A DNA stretch of 56,187 nt from contig JAGCGH010000089.1 in the NCBI GenBank assembly GCA_017649705.1, positions 1-56,187 on the forward strand, read 5' to 3'. The position numbers were made by a program, and so were the translations under genes. Source of the stretch: a bacterium (GTDB lineage: Bacteria > Auribacterota > UBA3054). Within the stretch, counting starts at the first letter, position 1. The number at the start of each line of letters is the position of its first letter. The notes below the pieces were generated by a model. That model saw nothing but the letters and a program-made list of their open reading frames with translations. It did not search any database and had not been told where the DNA came from. Shown in pieces: positions 27,083 to 35,640 of this stretch.

Positions 27083-28059
27083 GACAGAAGGGCCCCCTGA
27101 AGGACCTGGCCGCCGCCATCGAATGTTTCGACTACGTGGTCACGGAGGACGACCTGCCCTGCAGGGTGGACGCTTTCGTCAAAAGGAAGCTGCCCTGGCG
27201 TTCCCGGGCTTTTTTCCAAAGGATGATCGACGAGGGCCTCATAACGTTGAACGGGAAAAAGACCAGGGCCGGGCGCTATCTTTTGCTTGGGGAGAGGGTG
27301 CACATCGACATTTCCCCCTACCAGCAGGAACACCGCGAGGCCAAGATCGAGCTTGACAAAATTTATGAGGACGAAGCCATATTGGTCCTCAACAAAAAGC
27401 CCGGCACCATCGTCCATCCCACGGGCGTTCACCTTTACGACACCATCCTCAACGCCGTGCACGCCCAGTACAAAGACTGCGCCTACAGGCCCACGCTGAT
27501 CCACCGCCTGGACAAGGACACTTCGGGCGTTTTGATCCTCGCCAAGAGCGAAAAGTTTAGGACGCACCTGGCCTGCCAGATCGAGAAAAGGGAAGTGGCC
27601 AAGACTTACCGCACCTTAACTCACGGCGTTTTTTCCCAAAGATCGGGGGAAATATCACTGCCTCTAGGCGACAACAAGTATTCCCACATCAGATTGAAGC
27701 AGATGGTCAGATCCGACGGCCTGCCCTCCCTTTCCCTTTACGAGGTCAAGGCCAGCGCTCCTTACGTCGAAGGCTTCCAGGACGGACTCTCCCTCGTCGA
27801 CGTCCATATCAAGACCGGCCGCACGCACCAAATCAGGGTGCACATGTCAGCCCTCGGCCATCCCGTCATCGCCGACAAACTCTACGGCAGGGAAAAGGAA
27901 GCGAACATTTGCGGCGCGCGGATCGAGACGCATCTTCTTCACGCCATGTCCTTCGTCTGCCGCCACCCGATTACCGAAAAAGAAGTGGAATTCACCGCGC
28001 CTTTGCCCGATGATTTCCAACGCGCGGTCGACGCCCTTTTCCCCTCGCTGAAGATATGA
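27064..28059 (+). CDS. rluD: RluA/RluD-family 23S rRNA pseudouridine synthase
   Basis: S4-like N-terminus. Catalytic HRLDKDTSGVL and GRTHQIRVH motifs. Confidence 0.85.
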   Translation: MYPQRLRQKGPLKDLAAAIECFDYVVTEDDLPCRVDAFVKRKLPWRSRAFFQRMIDEGLITLNGKKTRAGRYLLLGERVHIDISPYQQEHREAKIELDKIYEDEAILVLNKKPGTIVHPTGVHLYDTILNAVHAQYKDCAYRPTLIHRLDKDTSGVLILAKSEKFRTHLACQIEKREVAKTYRTLTHGVFSQRSGEISLPLGDNKYSHIRLKQMVRSDGLPSLSLYEVKASAPYVEGFQDGLSLVDVHIKTGRTHQIRVHMSALGHPVIADKLYGREKEANICGARIETHLLHAMSFVCRHPITEKEVEFTAPLPDDFQRAVDALFPSLKI

Positions 28060-28087
28060 AAAAAGCGCGCCTGTTGGCGCGCTTTTA
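28059..28087. terminator. bidirectional intrinsic terminator (serves rluD and the tRNA operon)
   Basis: AAGCGCGCC-TGTT-GGCGCGCTT is flanked by an A-run and a T-run. Confidence 0.75.
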
Positions 28088-28091
28088 ATTT

Positions 28092-28169
28092 TGGCGTCTC
28101 CAAGGAGATTCGAACTCCTGTTGTCGGGATGAAAACCCGGTGTCCTAGGCCGGACTAGACGATGGAGAC
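28092..28169 (-). tRNA. tRNA-Glu (UUC)
   Basis: Minus-strand cloverleaf with acceptor GTCTCCA/TGGAGAC, GTTCGAATC T-arm and anticodon loop TTTTCAT. The 3' CCA is encoded. Confidence 0.9.
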
Positions 28170-28194
28170 AAAAATTTATATGTCAGGAAAAAAG

Positions 28195-28268
28195 TGAGCC
28201 GTGCGGGACTCGAACCTGCGACCCTCTAATTAAAAGTCAGATGCTCTACCAAACTGAGCTAACGGCCC
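28195..28268 (-). tRNA. tRNA-Lys (UUU)
   Basis: Acceptor GGGCCGT/ACGGCTC, D-arm AGCTCAGTTTGGTAGAGC, anticodon loop CTTTTAA and GGTTCGAGTCC T-arm. No CCA is encoded. Confidence 0.9.
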
Positions 28269-28308
28269 GTGCTTTTTTCTTGTTACCATTTTCAGAATGG
28301 TAGAGTAG

Positions 28309-28337
28309 ATTATATTAAAAGGGCTTCCGCAAGTCAA
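28309..28337 (-). promoter_or_regulatory. near-consensus sigma70 promoter TTGACT-17-TATAAT for the tRNA-Lys/tRNA-Glu operon
   Basis: Read on the minus strand. The -10 lies about 40 nt upstream of tRNA-Lys, and the -35 abuts the GT2 stop codon. Confidence 0.65.
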
Positions 28338-28343
28338 GGCGTG

Positions 28344-29384
28344 TCATTTGGCCCGGGGATCCTTGAGATTGCGGAGTATTGACTCCATCCAGGGCGTCTT
28401 CAGGATCATAAGTTTGGTGAGATCTTCCGCGCTTACGGCGCAATTAGCCTGTATTTCTTCGCGCTGGGCTCTTAGCCTGGCTTTGGCCCTGAAGGCGTCT
28501 CTGCGGCCGCGCCAGATCGGTTTAAGGCGGCCCCTAGCGGTCCACAGCAGGTCGCTTAGGAAAGCGTAGAGGAAAATGCCTATGCCGTAGCGCCAAAGCA
28601 GCGGAGTGGGGAAGTCTTTCCAGACTACCCACGTGCTGTTGCGCTTGGCCCAGTAGAGGGCGTTGTCGGAATATTTCGTCGTGGAGAAGCCGACTCTGTG
28701 CCAGACCGCCGCTTTATAGGCGAAGCGGCAGCCCCAGCCTCTCAGCCTTAAGCGGAAGGCCAGATCCACGTCCTCGTTGTAAGCGAAGAAGTCCGGGTCG
28801 AAGAGGCCGGTCTCCTTAAGGGCCTCTACGCGGTAGAGGGCCGCGCCGGCGCAGGCGCCGAAGACGCCCGAATCGTCGGTGTAGGTGTCCCTGGGCTTCC
28901 CGTATCCCCTTTTCCCGGCCACGCCGTGCTTGAAGAACATGTCTCCGGCGGAGTCGATGACTGTGGGTTCGTGCTCGCCGTCCCAAATGAGAAGCTGCGA
29001 GGCGACGGAACCGGCTTTGGGATCGCTTTCCGCCAGGGAGACAAGCTCGTTCAGCCATTGTTTTTCGACTTTCGTGTCGTTGTTCAGAAGCACAACGTAC
29101 TTTAGTTCGGTATAACTTTTGAAAAGCAGCTCGATCGCTTCGTTGTTGCCGCGGGCGAAACCGTAGTTTTCCTTGAAGTCGTATAAGAGAACGTCAGGAT
29201 AATCTCTTTTGATGATCTCTATAGAAGCATCTGTGGAAGCGTTGTCGGCGACCACCGTGAGGAAGTTATCAAAGCTCTGATCCCTCAAGGCGTCGAGGCA
29301 GTCTTTGATAAGCTTTTCGCCCTGCCAGTTCAGGACCAGCACGGCGGTTTCGATTTTTATATTTTCGCTGCGGATGTCAAGCAT
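28344..29384 (-). CDS. family 2 glycosyltransferase
   Basis: GT-A N-terminus (VLVLNWQG...DNASTD...) and a DxD region (NNDT). Confidence 0.8.
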   Translation of the reverse strand: MLDIRSENIKIETAVLVLNWQGEKLIKDCLDALRDQSFDNFLTVVADNASTDASIEIIKRDYPDVLLYDFKENYGFARGNNEAIELLFKSYTELKYVVLLNNDTKVEKQWLNELVSLAESDPKAGSVASQLLIWDGEHEPTVIDSAGDMFFKHGVAGKRGYGKPRDTYTDDSGVFGACAGAALYRVEALKETGLFDPDFFAYNEDVDLAFRLRLRGWGCRFAYKAAVWHRVGFSTTKYSDNALYWAKRNSTWVVWKDFPTPLLWRYGIGIFLYAFLSDLLWTARGRLKPIWRGRRDAFRAKARLRAQREEIQANCAVSAEDLTKLMILKTPWMESILRNLKDPRAK

Positions 29385-30054
29385 TTTTCGAAAGTTGGTA
29401 GGCGGCGAAGTCCCAGTCTTTTTTGGTGGTCAGTTTGAAGTTCTCTTCCGAATCCCGGCAGATCCTGACGGGGAAGGCGGCCTTTTCAAGTATCATCGCC
29501 TCGTCGGTAAGACTTTCCCAATCCTCGTCGGATCCGAGTTTGGCGTAGGCTTCCCTTAAGATCTTCAATTGGAAAGTCTGGGGGGTGGAAGCGAAATAGA
29601 GCTTTTCCCTCGGGATGGTGCGGGAAATGGATCCGTCGGCGTCCGCTTCCTTCACGGTGGAAGCGCAGGGCGCAGCCGCGATGGCGGCGCCTGTTTTTTT
29701 CGCTTCCTCGACGGTTTCTAAGATGATTTCCGGCTTCACGAAGGGACGGTCGCAGTCGTGGATGACCACGATAGCGTTCTCTACGCCGCTTAAAGTTTCC
29801 ACGGAGTTGCGGACGGATCTGGCGCGGCATTTTCCGCCTTCTATCACCATTGCCGAACTGCCGAGCAGTTTTTGAAACTCTTCCACTCTGCCGGGAGTGA
29901 CGGGAATTATGATCTTATCGAAGCCGAGGGCTTGGAAAGTTTCGAGCGTTCTGAAGATGACGCTTTTGCCGCAAAGGGGAGTCGTGAGCTTGTCGAAGCC
30001 CATGCGGGAGGCTGTTCCCGCGGAGGGGATGATGGCGATAACGGGAAGATCCAT
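29377..30054 (-). CDS. ispD: 2-C-methyl-D-erythritol 4-phosphate cytidylyltransferase
   Basis: N-terminus AIIPSAGTASRMG..K. About 225 aa. TPQTF motif. Confidence 0.85.
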   Translation of the reverse strand: MDLPVIAIIPSAGTASRMGFDKLTTPLCGKSVIFRTLETFQALGFDKIIIPVTPGRVEEFQKLLGSSAMVIEGGKCRARSVRNSVETLSGVENAIVVIHDCDRPFVKPEIILETVEEAKKTGAAIAAAPCASTVKEADADGSISRTIPREKLYFASTPQTFQLKILREAYAKLGSDEDWESLTDEAMILEKAAFPVRICRDSEENFKLTTKKDWDFAAYQLSKNA

Positions 30055-31889
30055 TAGAAGAGGGAAGTTTGTCCGCGGCTTTCCGGGAATCTTTCACCGA
30101 ACTGATCCTGGGGGCGCTGGCCCGCGAGACGGATCGCGAAGCCCTGGTCGAAAAGGCTAGTGAGGAGATCTAGGTCAGCTGTCGATATGGGGAAGCAGCC
30201 GCTGTCGCAGTTGGCGTTCAATATCTGGTCCCAGCGGAGGATCTCCGCGGGGCGGTCTCCGGTGAAGCTTTCCAGCATGCGGTACGGAGGTATGCTGTGG
30301 CGGAGGGCGTCGGCGTCGGAATCCCTGAAGGGGAGAAAGCCGAAGATCTCCGGGAAGAGTCTCTCGTCGATCATGGCGAAGCGGGAGCCGAAGCCGCAGC
30401 CGCAGCCGTTCACCAAATGAATGTCGAAATAGTAAGCCTCGGAAAGCTTGTGCAGGATTTCCCTGGAGGCGCCTAGGATCGTTTCCGCGGTCCTGTACTG
30501 CTCTTCCAGATCGTCCTGGCCGCAGAAGGTGGATACGGCCTCCCTTACGCCTATGATCTCGCAGCCCGGGGTGTCGGACATTCTTAACTGTCCGTTGGCC
30601 TGGGCGAAGAGGCGGTACTGGCGGCAGGCGTGAACGGCGGCTTCCAAAGAGGGCCTGAGCCCCATCAGAAGCTCCTCCAGGGAGGAATTTTTATTTTTAT
30701 AGACGATCCTGGGAAGATTGACGGCCACCAGCTGGGATATGGGAGTCTGCTCCACTTTCGTCCAGGAGACGTTGTGGCCTCTCAGGGAAAGATCCAAAAA
30801 CTTTCCTGACAGCTTGCCGGGATCGTTTGCGCCGCCCAGGAACTGCCAGGTTATGTTGGGCGCGCTTTCGGAATCTTTCAAAAGATCAGTCAGGTCGTCC
30901 AGGGCGGCTATGGGGAAACTCAGGCAGACGGAGCCCTTGAAGGCGGAGGCGGCGTCCTTGATCTCCGTTATTCTCTCCCTGGGCAGGCGCTTCAGGAAAT
31001 CTTCTTTGAAAACGCAAAGGAGGGAATCGCAGAGCCCGGCGTCCAGTTTTTTCAGTTCAAAAAGCAGCTGGCGGCGGAATTGCGAAAGGCCGGCGTTGGG
31101 ATCCATTTCCAAACGCTCGGAGAAGCGGCCGTAGGGGTGTCCCAGGCCGCCGATGCCGATGAGCCCCTGGCGGTGGGCCATGGCGACGTCTTCGGAATAA
31201 ACGTGGGAAAGGGAGTAGGGGGTGGAGACCCGGCGCCCCAACTGCAGGTTAAGATCCTCAGGCTCTCTCAGGCCGCGCTGCAGCGCCTCGTAGGGGACGG
31301 TGACGGAAGAGCGCTGCCTGAGGGAATTGGTGTAGCCCTTGGCCAGGAGCTCGGAGTCCACGATGGCCCTGATCAGCGTGGTGGTCACCACGGAAAGTCC
31401 GGAGGAAAGCACGCGCTCCTCGACTTCCTGGGCGATGGTTTCCGCGGCGCCGTGCTTGAGGTGGGCTTCCTGCTCCAGGGCTCTTACGATGAAGGCCCTG
31501 TTCCAGGGGCGGGCGTTCTGCTCGCCGCCTGTCATGACGCTCACGGTGGCGTCGGCGTCGAAAAGGGAGATCTGCCTGGGCTTTATGACGGTGCATTTGG
31601 AACGCTGCTCGTCCCTGGCCACCCGGTAGTCAAGATAGACCGCGCTGGCCCTGGGACCGTAGCTTTTTTCCAAGGCCCTGGCGACCGTGACCGCCACGTC
31701 GCTGGTCTGGGGAGGCTGCTGGGGAAAGGTCTTCCCAAGGTGCATGGCTATGGCGTAGGCGGCATCCTCGGCGTATTCTGAACCGGGCACTTCGGCCGCC
31801 AGAAGGGCGGCTTCTATGCTGCGCTTCAGTTTGCCGATGTCGAAGGTCACCAACCGGCCGTCGCGTTTTCTCACATGGGTCGGCAGCAT
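30054..31889 (-). CDS. tandem ATP-cone protein with a degenerate NrdD-like (class III RNR) core and no glycyl-radical domain
   Basis: Two ATP-cone segments are present (VRKRDGRLVTFDIGKLKRSIE...; ...IVRALEQEA...IRAIVDSELLAKGY). NrdD-like traces are DVAMAHRQGLIGIGGLG, VAVNLPRIV and IIGVREAV. The ORF ends at 611 aa without a CxxC zinc ribbon or an RVCGY motif. Confidence 0.6.
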   Translation of the reverse strand: MLPTHVRKRDGRLVTFDIGKLKRSIEAALLAAEVPGSEYAEDAAYAIAMHLGKTFPQQPPQTSDVAVTVARALEKSYGPRASAVYLDYRVARDEQRSKCTVIKPRQISLFDADATVSVMTGGEQNARPWNRAFIVRALEQEAHLKHGAAETIAQEVEERVLSSGLSVVTTTLIRAIVDSELLAKGYTNSLRQRSSVTVPYEALQRGLREPEDLNLQLGRRVSTPYSLSHVYSEDVAMAHRQGLIGIGGLGHPYGRFSERLEMDPNAGLSQFRRQLLFELKKLDAGLCDSLLCVFKEDFLKRLPRERITEIKDAASAFKGSVCLSFPIAALDDLTDLLKDSESAPNITWQFLGGANDPGKLSGKFLDLSLRGHNVSWTKVEQTPISQLVAVNLPRIVYKNKNSSLEELLMGLRPSLEAAVHACRQYRLFAQANGQLRMSDTPGCEIIGVREAVSTFCGQDDLEEQYRTAETILGASREILHKLSEAYYFDIHLVNGCGCGFGSRFAMIDERLFPEIFGFLPFRDSDADALRHSIPPYRMLESFTGDRPAEILRWDQILNANCDSGCFPISTADLDLLTSLFDQGFAIRLAGQRPQDQFGERFPESRGQTSLF

Positions 31890-31892
31890 TTC

Positions 31893-32345
31893 CTACTTGT
31901 TTTCCCTGACATGGTTGACGGCGTCTTCAAAATCGCCCACGGCCTGGAACTGGAGGTAAACGGAAGCGAAGCGCACATAGGACACCTGGTCGATGGCTTT
32001 CAGCTTTTCCATGACTATGCGTCCGACTTCCTCCGTGGGTATCTCCCTTAGGTGCTCATGCTCCGCCTTGTTGATGACGGCCTGCACGATGTCGTCGAAC
32101 TGGCCGACGCTTACGGGCCTTTTGCGGCAGGCCTGGCGGAGTCCGCCCAGGATCTTCTCCTTGTCGAAATCCTCCCTGGATCCGTCTTTCTTGATGACCA
32201 TCAGGGGCGCTTCCACCGTTTCATAGGTGGTGAAGCGGTGTCCGCAGGACAGGCATTCCCGGCGGCGCCTGATGGCGCTGTCATTGTGGGCTGTGCGGGA
32301 GTCGATGACTTTGCTTTCCGGATGATGGCATTTGGGGCAGAGCAT
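31893..32345 (-). CDS. nrdR: transcriptional repressor NrdR
   Basis: Zinc ribbon CPKC...CLSCGHRFTTYE followed by an ATP-cone. 150 aa. Confidence 0.95.
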   Translation of the reverse strand: MLCPKCHHPESKVIDSRTAHNDSAIRRRRECLSCGHRFTTYETVEAPLMVIKKDGSREDFDKEKILGGLRQACRKRPVSVGQFDDIVQAVINKAEHEHLREIPTEEVGRIVMEKLKAIDQVSYVRFASVYLQFQAVGDFEDAVNHVRENK

Positions 32346-32375
32346 AAGGCAGTATTTGGTAGGTTTATTTAAATG

Positions 32376-32384
32376 ATTATAGCA
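32376..32384 (-). promoter_or_regulatory. extended -10 box (TGcTATAAT) upstream of nrdR
   Basis: Reverse complement of ATTATAGCA, about 30 nt upstream of ATG 32345. Confidence 0.4.
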
Positions 32385-32388
32385 AATC

Positions 32389-33231
32389 TCACAGGGCTTT
32401 GCTTTGATGGAGCTTGGCTATGTCTCCCAATTCCTCTTCTTTCTTGATGCTGACGATGAGTTTTTTGACGATGCTGGCCAGCTCCTGGTCGAAGCGGTAG
32501 TCGGCTCTCGTTATGTAGTTGACGCGGTCGTGGCGGATGAGGTCGCAGACCTGGGAGTCGTCGTCCCCCTGGTAGACGCCGATGGAGCGGCCGCCGTTCA
32601 ATTTCACAAGCTTCATGCAGGGGACGTCGGTAAGCCCGTCTCCGATGTAGATCATGTTGCGGTAGGGGATGCGGCGTTCCGACTGGGGGGTGAAACTGTT
32701 CAGGGCTTTGGCTTCCGTAATGTCCCTGATGCCTTTGTTGATTCTGAAGATGAACTGCGTTTTGGAGGTGTAGTTCAGGGCGAGGGCGGGCCAGATGGGA
32801 ACGCCGTTCTCGTCGTAGAGGAATTCGCTGGCGTAGATGCCGGAGAATTCATCGGCAAGGCCGGTGCCAAGGATGATCTGGGTGAGCCCGGAGGAGACGA
32901 TGTAGTGTTCGATGCGGACGCCCTCGGTCTCGCCGAACTCCCTGATCTTGGAGAACCATTCGGGAATGCCGGGCAGAAGCTCCACGGTCTTGCCCTGCTC
33001 TCTCAGGACGCTTTTGGTGAGAAGGACTTTGCCCCTGGCCAGCTTTGTCATCATGTACATGTAGGCCAGTATGGGGTCCATCTGATTTTTGGAGGCGAAG
33101 TCGTTGACTTCCTTCCAGAAGGTCACGGAATCCATTCCCAGGCTGGGAATGAAGGCGTACTCCTGCATGTCTTTTGTGCAAAGCGTCTTGTCAAAATCGT
33201 ATATGAGGGCGACGATCGGTCTTTCGCTCAT
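32389..33231 (-). CDS. HAD-superfamily hydrolase (subfamily IB-like)
   Basis: Motif I YDFDKTL and motif IV YIGDGLTDVP. Confidence 0.75.
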   Translation of the reverse strand: MSERPIVALIYDFDKTLCTKDMQEYAFIPSLGMDSVTFWKEVNDFASKNQMDPILAYMYMMTKLARGKVLLTKSVLREQGKTVELLPGIPEWFSKIREFGETEGVRIEHYIVSSGLTQIILGTGLADEFSGIYASEFLYDENGVPIWPALALNYTSKTQFIFRINKGIRDITEAKALNSFTPQSERRIPYRNMIYIGDGLTDVPCMKLVKLNGGRSIGVYQGDDDSQVCDLIRHDRVNYITRADYRFDQELASIVKKLIVSIKKEEELGDIAKLHQSKAL

Positions 33232-34628
33232 GCTCTCTCCGTGAGTTTGAGTTGGAGCTTTTCAATGCGGTTGTTCACTATCTTCAGGATCTTCAGGCTG
33301 CCGCAGGAGATCTTTATCTCCTCGCCTTCCACGGGCAGGTGCCCCAGTTTGTAGAGGGCGAAGCCGCCTATGGAGTCGAAACTCTCGTCTTCGGGAAGGT
33401 CCAGTTCCAGCATGTCGTTGAGGTCGTCCACAAGGACCGTGCCGGACATCTCGTAAGTCCTGTCGTCGATCTTCACTATCTCGGAAGGAACGGCGTTGAC
33501 GTCTTCCTGCGGCATTTCGCCGACGATCTCACTGATGATGTCGTTGGCGGTGATGATGCCGGCCATGCCGCCGTATTCGTCCACCACGATGGCAATCTGG
33601 GTGTTCGTTTTGCGCATCTCGATGAGAAGCTCGGCCACGCGCTTGGTCTCGGGGATGAAATAGGGTTTCCTTATGACGGAGGCCAGGCTCGGCAGATCCG
33701 CCTCTTCGCTCATCTTGTTCATGACGTCCCTGACGTGCAGAATGCCTATGATGTTGTCAATGGTCCCGCGGTAGACGGGAATGCGCATATGCCCGCCCTT
33801 GATGGCGACCTTGATCGCCTCTTTGACGGGAAGCGTTTCATCCACGGCGGAGACCACCGGGCGCGGAGTCATGATCTCCCTGGCTATTGTGTCGCCGAAA
33901 GCGAAGACGGATTGCAGCATCTCGTGCTCGGTCTCGTCGATCTTTTTCTCGCTCTCGTCTTTCATCAGCTCTTCCACTTCGCTCCGGCCGGAAAGGACTT
34001 CATCCTGGCTGATGTCGTAGCCGGCGCCCTTTATAACTTTCCTGGTGAGGAAGAGGCAGAAACCGTTGACTGGGCGCATGACGCTTGAAAGGAATTTCAA
34101 AAAGGCGAAATGTTTTTTTGGCAGATCCTTCTTCATATGGACGCCCACGAACCACGGTACCAAGGAGGCGAAGACAAGGATGAAAGCCAGGAGCGCCAAG
34201 GTCACCGCGAGCTCGAAGACCCAGGATCTTATGACGCAGTTCTCGAAGAACCAGTTGATGACGCTCGTCATGTAGATAAGGGCGACGGCCTGGAGAAGGT
34301 AAAGCGAGATCCTGATCCTGTCGGCGTATTTCAGCCACTCGTTGATGAAGTCGGTATCCACCTTGTCGTCCTCTATGAGATCCTTTACGGTAAGGTGGTT
34401 GGCCGCGGTGCTGGCGGTGGTCGCGTAAACGCAGGCAATGAACATGATGATGAACATTCCGAACAGGATGTACGGCTCGGGAGAGTGGAAGACCTCCTCG
34501 ATAGGTTTGTGCACCTCTTTCAGCGCGAGGGATACGAGTTCGAAATTGTTGGTGGCGACGGCCTCGGCGAAATTGGAGAGGTCGACTGAATGCAGGTGGT
34601 CCAGAAAGTGTTGTAGGGCAGGATCCAT
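33228..34628 (-). CDS. CNNM/hemolysin-family protein (DUF21, CBS pair, CorC_HlyC)
   Basis: N-terminal TM domain, a CBS region (IMTPR...VDEYGG.AGIIT) and a C-terminal transporter-associated domain. Confidence 0.85.
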   Translation of the reverse strand: MDPALQHFLDHLHSVDLSNFAEAVATNNFELVSLALKEVHKPIEEVFHSPEPYILFGMFIIMFIACVYATTASTAANHLTVKDLIEDDKVDTDFINEWLKYADRIRISLYLLQAVALIYMTSVINWFFENCVIRSWVFELAVTLALLAFILVFASLVPWFVGVHMKKDLPKKHFAFLKFLSSVMRPVNGFCLFLTRKVIKGAGYDISQDEVLSGRSEVEELMKDESEKKIDETEHEMLQSVFAFGDTIAREIMTPRPVVSAVDETLPVKEAIKVAIKGGHMRIPVYRGTIDNIIGILHVRDVMNKMSEEADLPSLASVIRKPYFIPETKRVAELLIEMRKTNTQIAIVVDEYGGMAGIITANDIISEIVGEMPQEDVNAVPSEIVKIDDRTYEMSGTVLVDDLNDMLELDLPEDESFDSIGGFALYKLGHLPVEGEEIKISCGSLKILKIVNNRIEKLQLKLTERA

Positions 34629-35101
34629 TATTTTGTGGTGTAGAAATTAGAATGCCAATCAGCTATGTATTTCTCCTGCTTGGCAAACATAGAGCGGCGT
34701 TTTCTGCTGTCAAGGTCGTCGTAGCCGAGGCAGTGCAGGGTGCCGTGAATAGCGTAGCGGACGATCTCCTCCGCGAAAAGGATATCGTTCTCAAGGGAAT
34801 AACTGAGGGCGTGGTCCACGGAGAGCACGACGTCGCCGCAGGCGGGTTCCAGAACGTTGGCTTCCTCCAGGCCTTCCGGTGGGAAGCTTATGCAGTCGGT
34901 GGGGGAGTCGATGCCCATGAAATCTTTGTGATAGCGCCTGATCACGGGGTCCCTGACCAGCATGATGTTCATGCCCATCGTCCGCGGAGCCTTTTCCTCG
35001 CCGAGGACGTAGGCTATGATCTCTTTAATTCTGAAGCCTGCTGTTTTGACAAGCCGCTGGCGGTTGATGACGTTGACGAGATATTTGGGATGATCTTTCA
35101 T
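34628..35101 (-). CDS. ybeY: rRNA maturation endoribonuclease YbeY
   Basis: HGTLHCLGYDD metal motif. 157 aa from ATG 35101. The 338-aa track ORF is an over-extension across the plsY-like gene. Confidence 0.85.
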   Translation of the reverse strand: MKDHPKYLVNVINRQRLVKTAGFRIKEIIAYVLGEEKAPRTMGMNIMLVRDPVIRRYHKDFMGIDSPTDCISFPPEGLEEANVLEPACGDVVLSVDHALSYSLENDILFAEEIVRYAIHGTLHCLGYDDLDSRKRRSMFAKQEKYIADWHSNFYTTK

Positions 35102-35637
35102 GTCCTGATCCTCAGGAAGCTGGTGTGGGTGAAGACAAGCAGCAGCGCGCAGACAAGGGCGGCGCCCAGGTATATGAAATCCAGGGGATAGAAAAAGCGC
35201 ACCAGAAAAGGCAGGGCCAGGGCGCCGGCTAAGGAAGCGTATTTCATGCGGCGGGAAAAAAGCAGAACAATGCTCGTCACGCCGAAGGCCGACAGCGCGG
35301 CGTAGGGCGTGAGGATCAGAAACCCGCCCATGATTATGGCGGTGCCAAGGCCTCCCCAGCCGCAGATGTAAACGGAAAAATAATGCCCCAGGGCGGCGGA
35401 GATTATGGCGCAGGCGCCCAGCTGGGCTTCGTTGGTCAGGGGATAGCCGAGGAACCCCAGCCCGAAGCGGGACAAAAGGAAGGGAAGCTTCGGCAGCACG
35501 GCGGCCACCGCCACTCCGATGAACAGGTCGGCGCCGATGGACAGCGCTGCGGAAGGTACGTGAAGGACGTTGGCGCGGCGCAGAAGAAAGCCCAGGGGCA
35601 GGGAGCCGATTAAATAAGCGAGGACTGCCAACAGCAT
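35098..35637 (-). CDS. PlsY-like membrane protein with degenerate catalytic motifs
   Basis: N-terminus LAYLIGSLPLG and the LGHYF...GGLGTA region match the PlsY topology. The GSGNxGATN motif is missing and conserved Lys residues are replaced. Confidence 0.6.
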   Translation of the reverse strand: MLLAVLAYLIGSLPLGFLLRRANVLHVPSAALSIGADLFIGVAVAAVLPKLPFLLSRFGLGFLGYPLTNEAQLGACAIISAALGHYFSVYICGWGGLGTAIIMGGFLILTPYAALSAFGVTSIVLLFSRRMKYASLAGALALPFLVRFFYPLDFIYLGAALVCALLLVFTHTSFLRIRT

Positions 35638-35640
35638 AGA

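Noticed and set aside
32346-32388. NrdR boxes (paired 16-bp palindromes) upstream of nrdR, which would indicate autoregulation.
   Set aside because: I found no acaCwAtATaTwgtgt-like palindrome in the short leader and promoter region. Only the TGcTATAAT box is evident.
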